From a virus: 62,793 nt of DNA. Below are positions 1-6,884 of the stretch, in pieces (positions within the stretch are counted from its first letter, which is position 1; each line of letters starts with the position of its first letter). The position numbers were made by a program, and so were the translations under genes. The stretch lies in the IMG/VR virus record IMGVR_UViG_3300045988_104691. One strand, written 5' to 3'. Below the pieces are notes generated by a model. That model made no database searches and was not told where the DNA came from. It worked only from the letters and a program-made list of their open reading frames with translations.

Positions 1-119
1 ACAGCATGTCTAATTTCGAATCGGCTTCATAGAGCCGTTTTCAGAGGGTCGTGATGTCACGCTTCGGTCACACGATGTCACAACGATGTCACGCTTCGGT
101 CACAACGATGTCACAACGA
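1..119. repeat. Terminal direct repeat, copy 1 (identical to 62675-62793)
   Basis: Base-by-base comparison of the window start and end. Confidence 0.95.
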
Positions 120-125
120 TGTCAC
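53..125 (+). repeat. Helically phased GTCAC array: 7 copies, 5 of them as GATGTCAC
   Basis: GTCAC starts at 56, 67, 77, 88, 99, 110 and 121, giving spacings of 11, 10, 11, 11, 11, 11 bp. The array is partly duplicated at 62727-62793 by the terminal overlap. Confidence 0.85.
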
Positions 126-318
126 TATATAACAAAACTAAAAGAAGATTATTATTCGCTTACGCTCATAACAATCTGAGAAAGTTTTTCGATTTCGTGC
201 TAGATTCGACCTCGATGACGCCGAACGGCTTGACAGCCACACCGGAACCCACACCGGGAACGGCAGGGGAATCCAAGCCAGATCATCGAAGCTCCGACGA
301 CCGGAGCCCAGAGCAAAC

Positions 319-362
319 GAAAGCCCCTCCACTAGGACCTGACACCTAGCGGAGGGGCTTTC
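319..362. terminator. Bidirectional hairpin terminator downstream of the 386-868 gene
   Basis: GAAAGCCCCTCC (319-330) is the perfect complement of GGAGGGGCTTTC (351-362). An inner CTAGG/CCTAG pairing lies in the loop. Confidence 0.6.
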
Positions 363-385
363 CTCGTATTCGGGGCCAATTGCCC

Positions 386-868
386 TTACCGTTCGAACTC
401 GCCGTTCAGATACCTGCATTCGAAATCGTCCGTGGCGCATCCGGTCGGAGTCCTCTCCTCCTCGTCTCCGTAGCCCGTGACGGCGCTCCGATAGGTGGAC
501 ACCGTGGAATCGTAGTGGGCGACGGCCGCCGCGATGACTCCAGCACCGACCGCCAAGAGGACCATGACGCCCGCGAGAATCGGATACACCGCATTCCTAG
601 CCCCGGTACGCCTCCTCGTATAGGCCACGGCCTCCTCCTTGACCTTCGCTTCGATCTGAGCCTCGTCCAAGCCTTCCTGCGCGTGTCTCTCGTATAGGCC
701 GTCCAGTGTGGGCTGGTCCCCGCCTCCCTCGTCAAGGCGTTCCATCTCATAGGCCGTCCTCCAGTCGATGAGACCGGAACGGCGGATACCGTTCAATACG
801 GCCGACTGGATGACAGCCCCGAGTATCACGATGCCCGCGATGCCGGCGAAGACGTATGCGAATATCAT
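386..868 (-). CDS. Two-TM membrane protein, 160 aa; gene is preceded by LexA-type boxes
   Basis: Predicted TM helices are MIFAYVFAGIAGIVILGAVI and AVYPILAGVMVLLAVGAGVIAAAVA. An RBS (GAAAGAAGGAAACC) precedes the ATG. Two SOS-box-like palindromes lie 54-110 bp upstream. Confidence 0.7.
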   Translation of the reverse strand: MIFAYVFAGIAGIVILGAVIQSAVLNGIRRSGLIDWRTAYEMERLDEGGGDQPTLDGLYERHAQEGLDEAQIEAKVKEEAVAYTRRRTGARNAVYPILAGVMVLLAVGAGVIAAAVAHYDSTVSTYRSAVTGYGDEEERTPTGCATDDFECRYLNGEFER

Positions 869-921
869 GGTTTCCTTCTTTCTTCCTGTTTGTGTACGAC
901 CCGTCTCGTGGCGTGTCGTTT

Positions 922-937
922 TAGAACATTTGTTCTA
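922..937. promoter_or_regulatory. LexA/Cheo-box-like palindrome TAGAAC-ATTT-GTTCTA
   Basis: Matches the GAAC-N4-GTTC core of Gram-positive/actinobacterial SOS boxes. It sits in the upstream region of the minus-strand gene 386-868. Confidence 0.55.
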
Positions 938-964
938 ATGGTTGTATTATCGGTATCCGGAGTC

Positions 965-978
965 CGAACATGCGTTCG
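965..978. promoter_or_regulatory. LexA box CGAAC-ATGC-GTTCG
   Basis: With flanks it reads CCGAACATGCGTTCGA, an 11/12 match to the actinobacterial consensus TCGAAC-N4-GTTCGA. Confidence 0.65.
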
Positions 979-993
979 AACGAGGATATGAGA

Positions 994-1033
994 AAGGCCG
1001 CACGCCCGTCTTGCCCGAGGAGTGTGCGGCCTT
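994..1033 (-). terminator. Hairpin downstream of the cI-like gene
   Basis: AAGGCCGCAC (994-1003) pairs with GTGCGGCCTT (1024-1033). The loop is 20 nt and the T-run is weak. Confidence 0.4.
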
Positions 1034-1075
1034 GTGCGACACGACACCAAGGAGGTGTGCGCATGGACTAGCTTA

Positions 1076-1336
1076 CTACCGTTGCGTAACGCCGCGTGCC
1101 TCGTCCATGATGGCGAAGCCGTTGGGCAGTCTGAGGATGCGGGCGATCTTGTCGATGTCGTCGGTGGTCCATGCCTGTTCGCCTCTGAAGCGGGTGCTCA
1201 CGTATGACTGCGACTTGCCGATGAGATAGCCCATCCTGTTCTGGGATATGCCCTGCGCCTTCATCCTGTTCCTTATGGTTTCCGCTATTACCTTCGTTAT
1301 GCCGCTAGTTTCTGGCATTTCATCTTTTCTTACCAT
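1076..1336 (-). CDS. cI-like XRE-family HTH repressor, 86 aa, no S24 peptidase domain
   Basis: HTH segment is ISQNRMGYLIGKSQSYVSTRF. The gene is divergent from the cro-like gene. The track ORF extends to 1450, but ATG 1336 (or 1345, possibly leaderless) fits the operator layout. Confidence 0.75.
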   Translation of the reverse strand: MVRKDEMPETSGITKVIAETIRNRMKAQGISQNRMGYLIGKSQSYVSTRFRGEQAWTTDDIDKIARILRLPNGFAIMDEARGVTQR

Positions 1337-1345
1337 GTGGAACAT

Positions 1346-1365
1346 GTTATCGCATTTGCGATAAC
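1346..1365. promoter_or_regulatory. Operator-like palindrome GTTATCGC-ATTT-GCGATAAC
   Basis: Perfect 8-bp arms. It shares the CGCA-NN-TGCG core with the site at 1478-1491 and lies between the divergent HTH genes. Confidence 0.5.
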
Positions 1366-1435
1366 TAGGGAATGGCGACACTCCGATAAAACCGTAATAT
1401 GGGGCCGATTTAACGAAATGCCTACCGCATATGAA

Positions 1436-1463
1436 TTGACAATCAAACAAACCCGAGTACTAT
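1436..1463 (+). promoter_or_regulatory. Putative rightward early promoter TTGACA-16 nt-TACTAT
   Basis: Consensus -35 at 1436-1441 and a -10-like TACTAT at 1458-1463, upstream of the cro-like gene. Confidence 0.4.
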
Positions 1464-1477
1464 CAATATCAGCAAAC

Positions 1478-1491
1478 ACCGCAAATGCGGT
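1478..1491. promoter_or_regulatory. Operator-like palindrome ACCGCA-AA-TGCGGT
   Basis: Perfect 6-bp arms with the same CGCA-NN-TGCG core as 1346-1365. It lies just downstream of the putative promoter. A half-site-like ACCGCATATG occurs at 1424-1433. Confidence 0.5.
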
Positions 1492-1501
1492 AATCGAAAG
1501 G

Positions 1502-1768
1502 ATGAAGAACATGACTTCAATGAACACCGCCATCTCTCAGGCGATTCGAGTGCAGGCCGCACGCGAAGGAATCTCCCTGAGGAAGATTTCCAAGGAGATC
1601 GGCATGGGCTACACGTCCTTCTGGTCCCGCCTCGGAGGCGAACGGTCTTGGAACACCGACCAGCTGACCCTCCTCGCCAAGGCATTGCACCTCGACAGCG
1701 CATGGACACTCATCTCCATCGCGGAGGAGGAGCGCGCGAAGATCGACGACCAGACGCTCGTGGCATAA
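1502..1768 (+). CDS. Cro-like HTH regulator, 88 aa
   Basis: ATG 1502 follows a GAAAGGA RBS; the track ORF starts at 1337. HTH segment is ISLRKISKEIGMGYTSFWSRLGG. Confidence 0.7.
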   Translation: MKNMTSMNTAISQAIRVQAAREGISLRKISKEIGMGYTSFWSRLGGERSWNTDQLTLLAKALHLDSAWTLISIAEEERAKIDDQTLVA

Positions 1769-1777
1769 GAGAACATC

Positions 1778-2110
1778 ATGAACATGGATGAATTTAACTC
1801 CCATTTCAAGAACCCGTCCATCGTCTACTGCGATAACCGGATTGACGAGTTCACGTCCACCGTGGAAGCCACGCTCTTCAGCGCGAAAGTCGAAACCGGC
1901 GCAGACGGTCCGATGGTCGTACTGACCGCATACGCCGCCGATTCGGACACGGACCCGGACTGCATCGTTTGGCGGCTCAAACCCAACACGGTGCGCCGCT
2001 TGAGAAACTGGTTCAACAAGATCGTGATGCAGACGGGCGGCGACGACGCGAAGAAAGAACTCGACGCGCTCTCCAAGTACGCACAGAACATGGGAGACTC
2101 CAATGAGTGA
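1778..2110 (+). CDS. Hypothetical protein, 110 aa
   Basis: ORF in the coupled early operon. No motif recognised. Confidence 0.65.
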   Translation: MNMDEFNSHFKNPSIVYCDNRIDEFTSTVEATLFSAKVETGADGPMVVLTAYAADSDTDPDCIVWRLKPNTVRRLRNWFNKIVMQTGGDDAKKELDALSKYAQNMGDSNE

Positions 2111-2381
2111 GATCACCAGAGCATATAAGCGTGAATGGCTTTTCGACAACGGTTACATGAAGGTCGTGGACGGGACTGAATATCTCAGTCTCAAGGCCAT
2201 GCACCTACTGACCGGGGTCAGCCCCGAACGGTGGAAGGACGAAATGTCCAAGGCAACCAAGAACGGCATGCGATTCCGGAAGAGCATGACACAGGACGTG
2301 CTCAGAGGGGCGAAAGAGATTCAGGCACGACTCGGCACGAACGATTTAGTCGAGATTCTTTACGCGGAGGCAACCATATGA
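2103..2381 (+). CDS. Hypothetical protein, 92 aa
   Basis: Overlaps both neighbours by a few nt. No motif recognised. Confidence 0.65.
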   Translation: MSEITRAYKREWLFDNGYMKVVDGTEYLSLKAMHLLTGVSPERWKDEMSKATKNGMRFRKSMTQDVLRGAKEIQARLGTNDLVEILYAEATI

Positions 2382-3226
2382 GCGATGATATCGTTGAGGT
2401 CCCGTTCAACGGGAGCGTGATGATCGCGCAGAAGTCGGATGACGGGGAGATCTATGCGGCGTTGAAGCCGATCTGCGAAAACATCGGGATTGCCTTCAAC
2501 GGCCAGAGGGAACGGCTTAACAGAACGCCTTGGGCAGTTGTGCGTATGATACGCACAACTGGTGCTGACGGTAAACGGTACGACATGATGGCCGTCAGCC
2601 GGAAGACGCTGACGATGTGGCTTGCGACCATCGACACGAGCCGTCTCAAGGACGAACATGCCCGCCGTAACGTGACCGTCTACCAGCAGGAAGCCGCCGA
2701 AGCCCTCGACCGGTATTTCCATGAGGGTGGCGCAATCCGCACATACGATTCCGACAGTGATGCGGACATCATGGCCCGAGCGTTGTTGGTGGCGCAGAAA
2801 ACCCTCGAACGTAAGAACCGTGAACTCCAAGCCAAGACCGATCAGATCAAGGAATTGGAACCGAAGGCGAAGGCTTTGGACGATTTCACCAACGTACCCG
2901 ACGTCCTACTGGTCAGAGAGACGGCGAAACTGCTTTCGAATGCGGGTCCGCCGATCGGCGAGAGGGAGTTGTGGAAGTGGCTTGACCAGCATGGTTGGGT
3001 GTACCGGCATGCCGGAACATGGTGGGCGGCTTCGGAACGCGTCAAGGCCGGGCATCTGGTCATGGTCGAGTCAAGATCGCATGGCCAACGTGGTGACGGT
3101 ACGCTTTTCGCCTATGCGCCGACCGTCAAGATCACCCGTAAGGGATTGGCGCTGTTACACAGGCGTCTCGGAGAGCGGACGTTGGATGCCGCGCTTGGGC
3201 CTGAACAGGGAGGGGCTACACGATGA
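2378..3226 (+). CDS. Phage antirepressor (AR/Rha-like N-terminal domain, KilA-C/ANT-like C-terminal domain), 282 aa
   Basis: ATG 2378 follows GGAGG. A central coiled coil (LERKNRELQAKTDQIKELEPKAKALDDF) is followed by LLVRETAKLL...WKWL, typical of Ant-type antirepressors. Confidence 0.75.
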   Translation: MSDDIVEVPFNGSVMIAQKSDDGEIYAALKPICENIGIAFNGQRERLNRTPWAVVRMIRTTGADGKRYDMMAVSRKTLTMWLATIDTSRLKDEHARRNVTVYQQEAAEALDRYFHEGGAIRTYDSDSDADIMARALLVAQKTLERKNRELQAKTDQIKELEPKAKALDDFTNVPDVLLVRETAKLLSNAGPPIGERELWKWLDQHGWVYRHAGTWWAASERVKAGHLVMVESRSHGQRGDGTLFAYAPTVKITRKGLALLHRRLGERTLDAALGPEQGGATR

Positions 3227-3516
3227 AAAACCGTAGGACATTGACGGACGCGCGAAACACCATCGCCAACCGTCCACGCAAATGGCGTAGGCCGGTGCCT
3301 TGCCCGATTTGTGGCGGCAAGGACATCAGATTCTACAAGTACGGCTACGGCTTCGACCGAATCACCTTACAGATAGTCCGATACTGGGATGTCGCATGCA
3401 GTGGGTGCCTCCGCTCTGCCGTCATCCTCACCAACCACACCGACCGTAAAGAGGCAATCCGCGTATGGAACTACCTCGCCGCCGACTGCCCGAAAGCAAA
3501 GGGGAATGCGAAATGA
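3223..3516 (+). CDS. Lar-like zinc-ribbon protein (restriction-alleviation family-like), 97 aa
   Basis: CPICGG...CSGC zinc ribbon and a C-terminal KEAIRVWN motif resemble the Lar family. Confidence 0.5.
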   Translation: MKNRRTLTDARNTIANRPRKWRRPVPCPICGGKDIRFYKYGYGFDRITLQIVRYWDVACSGCLRSAVILTNHTDRKEAIRVWNYLAADCPKAKGNAK

Positions 3517-3728
3517 CCAGAACCATCACCGCAACCGTGGAATCCCGCAAGATTGTCAACGATCAGGTTGTCATCGACTGGGATGATGACAAGTATGGGG
3601 AACCCACCGAAGAGAACGTCCTCAAAGCGCTCAAGGATTTGCAGGTCGACTTCGCTGATGTCATCGATACCGATGATTCCATCGAAGAATACCTCAGCGT
3701 CAGCAACATCGAAGAAGACGAGGACTAG
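3513..3728 (+). CDS. Small acidic hypothetical protein, 71 aa
   Basis: ATGA overlap with the upstream stop. D/E-rich C-terminus (IEEYLSVSNIEEDED). Confidence 0.65.
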   Translation: MTRTITATVESRKIVNDQVVIDWDDDKYGEPTEENVLKALKDLQVDFADVIDTDDSIEEYLSVSNIEEDED

Positions 3729-3730
3729 TC

Positions 3731-4084
3731 ATGACCAACGAAGAGTTGATTGAAACCATAGATGAGCTGGAAACCCGTATAAGGATGCTCAAAGACACCG
3801 TGCAAAGGCTCAATGACAGACTTCGTGCACTCGCCACTCCCACGCCGAAACTGCCGGACAAACCGGGCTACTACCTCACACAACAGCACATGCTCCTGCT
3901 TTGTGACATGGAGGGTGATTGGAGCGTACGTGAATTCGGTGAGCGCCCTATCCGCGGCTTCTGGGAGGAGGGTTCGCTTGATTGTTACGAGAGAGACCCG
4001 AAAGTCATCTATGCGGCGCTCGGCCCCGATGCATTCCCGCTGGTACCCATCGAAGATGTGCAGTTGACTTCTTCGAAAGAGTAG
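3731..4084 (+). CDS. Hypothetical protein, PGYY-domain paralog family, 117 aa
   Basis: N-terminal coiled coil, then PDKPGYYLTQ...DAFPLVPI. This domain recurs in 8321-9259, 17924-18331 and 18724-19131. Confidence 0.7.
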   Translation: MTNEELIETIDELETRIRMLKDTVQRLNDRLRALATPTPKLPDKPGYYLTQQHMLLLCDMEGDWSVREFGERPIRGFWEEGSLDCYERDPKVIYAALGPDAFPLVPIEDVQLTSSKE

Positions 4085-4174
4085 ATGATTCTTCCCATGG
4101 CGGCCCGCAACCCCGTCATGGGACCATACTTCGCCAATCCAATCAGATAGGAAACCCTAGGGAAATCCCTCCTG

Positions 4175-4357
4175 ATGTCCACGTTCACCGGATTGGCGAA
4201 GGCATGCGACGGCCCATCCATCGCATGGCAAACGGTCCGACCCACGATTACATACACAGTCGGACCGTACACGCCCAAGGCAGTGTGCGGCTGCACCCGG
4301 ACGCATCCCATGTCGTCAGCATCTGGCCATCAATGCTGTACGCCTCCTTTCTATTGA
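4175..4357 (+). CDS. Possible small Cys-rich protein, 60 aa (weak call)
   Basis: Same reading frame as the flanking genes. The third-position GC count is about 65%. No RBS, and the mirror antisense ORF shares its third positions. Confidence 0.25.
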   Translation: MSTFTGLAKACDGPSIAWQTVRPTITYTVGPYTPKAVCGCTRTHPMSSASGHQCCTPPFY

Positions 4358-4441
4358 GACGACGGAATGCACATGGTTCGAATCCATGCTTGGGCACCGG
4401 TCCCCATAGGACCCACACCACCACACCATTCAAGGAGCATC

Positions 4442-4744
4442 ATGAACGACCGGAACGAGAACCCGCTACCGGACTACATCGACCCCACCAAGGCCGTCAC
4501 CATCCGCGATTGGCTCACCCAAATCCACCATCCCGCAGAAGACCTCGAATACGCGGCCACACGATACGGGCGGAAAGTGTACGACGCATACCTGCGCCTG
4601 CACAGGACGAAACCGTACACGCTCCGCATCGGCGGCTCTGGCCCGGTCAAAGTGTATTTGCCATCCGACCGGCCGCTCCTCACCGACATCTACACGGCAT
4701 GGCATGAACAGGAACGCCGCCGAAGATCGGCGCTCAAGGAATAA
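4442..4744 (+). CDS. Hypothetical protein, 100 aa
   Basis: ATG 4442 follows an AAGGAG RBS. High GC at third codon positions. Confidence 0.65.
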   Translation: MNDRNENPLPDYIDPTKAVTIRDWLTQIHHPAEDLEYAATRYGRKVYDAYLRLHRTKPYTLRIGGSGPVKVYLPSDRPLLTDIYTAWHEQERRRRSALKE

Positions 4745-4952
4745 GTCCTGCGGCATGACCGTCAACGCCACCCATGAAAACCCGTTTCCTTTTCTTCAGT
4801 TTTCCGGGCCATGGGAACGATGGGCGGGCCAGACGGATACCCTTTCATCCCGTCGTTCGGCGCGTACTCTCCGCCGTCAAACCTTCCCAGCGGCATGCCG
4901 CCACCAGCTTTCACCCATATACCAACGAACAATCAAAGGAGAAAATCCCATC

Positions 4953-5849
4953 ATGCTGCTTCTCATACTGGCGATCATCATCGCCACCATCGCCACCATC
5001 GCATCCATCAACTTGGAATCGAAACAGGCCGCCGCGATCACATTGGCAGTCGGATGGCTCATCGCCATCATCACATTCTCGTTCAACTGCCTCTACAGTC
5101 TCGACGTAGGCGAAGTCGCCGTCATCCAGAACTGGGGCGGCAGCATGGCTGGAAGCCAATCCGAAGCCGGATTCCACGGCAAGGCCCCATGGCAGAAAGC
5201 CATCAAATTCGACACGCGCAACAACCTCATCAACTTCTACGGTTCGACCGACTTCAAGGTGAAAGGCGGCAGCGAGGACGGCAAACAGGTCACCATCAAC
5301 GACAAAAGCGGGGCGAAAGCCGACATCGACATTCAGGTGAACTATTCACTGAACCCCGAAGCCGCGGAGAAACTGTACGAGGATTACGGCACGCAGGAGA
5401 ACTTCGTCGAAAAATACGTGTCCAACGATCTACGTTCCGTAACCCGTGAAACATCCGGCAAATTCGACACGCTGACCATGCTCACCGACCGTTCCCGGTT
5501 CACGAAGGCCGTACAGGAATCCCTATCGAGGAAATGGAAAAGCATGGGCCTGATCGTGGAACAGGTATCCGTACAGGATGTCCGCTACCCGGATTCCATC
5601 ACCAAAAGCTATGCGGAGGCGCAGGCAGCCGAAGTGAAACGCCAAAAAGCCCAGAACGATCAGGAGACCGCGAAGGTCGAAGCCGAAACGAAGAAGATCA
5701 AGGCCCAAGGCGAAGCGGACGCGAACCGTGTGCTCAACGATTCGCTGACCGACAACGTACTCAAGCAGAAGTACATCGACGCCCTATCGAACGCGAAGAA
5801 CCTTACGGTCGTCCCGGATGGCAGCGTTCCGATGATTCAGACCAAGTGA
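4953..5849 (+). CDS. SPFH/band-7 (prohibitin/HflC-like) membrane protein, 298 aa
   Basis: ATG 4953 follows AAAGGAG. N-terminal TM segments (MLLLILAIIIATIATIASI...), then an SPFH core and the coiled coil AEAQAAEVKRQKAQNDQETAKVEAETKKIKAQGEADANRV. Confidence 0.8.
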   Translation: MLLLILAIIIATIATIASINLESKQAAAITLAVGWLIAIITFSFNCLYSLDVGEVAVIQNWGGSMAGSQSEAGFHGKAPWQKAIKFDTRNNLINFYGSTDFKVKGGSEDGKQVTINDKSGAKADIDIQVNYSLNPEAAEKLYEDYGTQENFVEKYVSNDLRSVTRETSGKFDTLTMLTDRSRFTKAVQESLSRKWKSMGLIVEQVSVQDVRYPDSITKSYAEAQAAEVKRQKAQNDQETAKVEAETKKIKAQGEADANRVLNDSLTDNVLKQKYIDALSNAKNLTVVPDGSVPMIQTK

Positions 5850-5860
5850 AAGGGCAGACC

Positions 5861-6229
5861 ATGACGGCCAGATCATCGGCGCCCATCGGTTTGAAGGATG
5901 CCGCAGCCTATCTGGGCATGAACCCGCAACGCCTACGCACCCTGTGCAAGGCGGGACAGGGCCCCAAGTTCACAGGCGGCGGATTCCACAAGCGTTCCTA
6001 CTTCACGAGGGAGGATTTGGACGCTTGGCTTGAAACGCGGACCGACCCGCAGACAGACAAGCATTCGAACCCGAAGACCGTGTGCGAGGCCCATTCCAAG
6101 CCGGGGGAGGGGACTCTTCATACCGCGAGGAACCCCATCCCGGAAGCGTTGAGAGGCATCAGTTCACACCCCCCATCCCACGCCGAAGCCGCCCTTGCCG
6201 GTCGAAAGGAAACCAACCCCATCCGATGA
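5861..6229 (+). CDS. MerR/excisionase-type HTH DNA-binding protein, 122 aa
   Basis: IGLKDAAAYLGMNPQRLRTLCKAGQGPKF...YFTREDLDAWL resembles Xis/AlpA-type HTH. The tail is Pro-rich. Confidence 0.55.
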   Translation: MTARSSAPIGLKDAAAYLGMNPQRLRTLCKAGQGPKFTGGGFHKRSYFTREDLDAWLETRTDPQTDKHSNPKTVCEAHSKPGEGTLHTARNPIPEALRGISSHPPSHAEAALAGRKETNPIR

Positions 6230-6416
6230 CGGCACGGTGGACATCCGACTCAACGGGAGAAGCGTCATCCTCGCCGGATTGGACGGCGCACGGCTCAACA
6301 TCCACCAACTCTCCGGACGTGAAGCCGAAGCCCTAACCGGCCTGATTCCCCTTCTCCACGACGCTTTGACCCTCTACACGACCAAACACAAGGAGACCAA
6401 TGAAACCACCCAGTGA
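6195..6416 (+). CDS. Hypothetical protein, start uncertain
   Basis: TTG start in the track; GTG 6238 is an alternative. No motif recognised. Confidence 0.4.
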   Translation: MPVERKPTPSDDGTVDIRLNGRSVILAGLDGARLNIHQLSGREAEALTGLIPLLHDALTLYTTKHKETNETTQ

Positions 6417-6612
6417 AGACCCGCAGCTCGTCCTCAACGTCGAAGAAGGATTCCTCACCAAACAGGAAGCGAAGGAACACGTACACGAAACCAACGAGAC
6501 CACGTTCAACCGTGACTACGGAGACCTCGGCTTCATGCGCGGCGGCAACAAGACATTCCGCAAATACGACCTGTACAAGCGGACGCTCGAAATACAGGAA
6601 GGGTTGAGATGA
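6400..6612 (+). CDS. Hypothetical protein, 70 aa
   Basis: An AAGGAG RBS precedes the ATG. Confidence 0.6.
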   Translation: MKPPSEDPQLVLNVEEGFLTKQEAKEHVHETNETTFNRDYGDLGFMRGGNKTFRKYDLYKRTLEIQEGLR

Positions 6613-6884
6613 CCAGACTGCTCACCGGCAAGGATTTACGCCACATCGAAATCGGCATCCACCTCATCTCAGTCAACGCGTACGACGTAGGCGAAGTTGA
6701 CGACCTGATCGACGCCGCAGCCGACAGCATCGACACCATCTACAAGGAAAACGTTCGACTCGCCAAGAAATGCGCCGAACTGGAAGACGAGATCAGCAGC
6801 CTGAAAGCCGACCTGAACTTCACCAAATACGCAAACCTTAACAATCCAGTCAAGGAGGAGCCCAATGGCACAGAAGAAAACTGA
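6609..6884 (+). CDS. DivIVA-domain-like coiled-coil protein, 91 aa
   Basis: LTGKDLRHIEI...YDVGEVDDLIDAAADSIDTIYKENVRLAKKCAELEDEI parallels the DivIVA N-terminal pattern (LTPEDI...YD..EVD.FLD...EN..L). Confidence 0.5.
   Translation: MTRLLTGKDLRHIEIGIHLISVNAYDVGEVDDLIDAAADSIDTIYKENVRLAKKCAELEDEISSLKADLNFTKYANLNNPVKEEPNGTEEN

Noticed and set aside
86-349. 87-aa + strand ORF across the GTCAC repeats.
   Set aside because: Its N-terminus is the translation of the repeat array. It has no RBS, a low-complexity Pro/Thr/Ser tail, and it ends inside the terminator stem. A shorter 44-aa version from ATG 215 cannot be excluded.
942-1229. 95-aa + strand ORF spanning the LexA boxes and the 3' end of the repressor gene.
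   Set aside because: It is antisense to the well-supported cI-like gene and has no RBS. The LexA boxes are better explained as control elements of the minus-strand gene 386-868.
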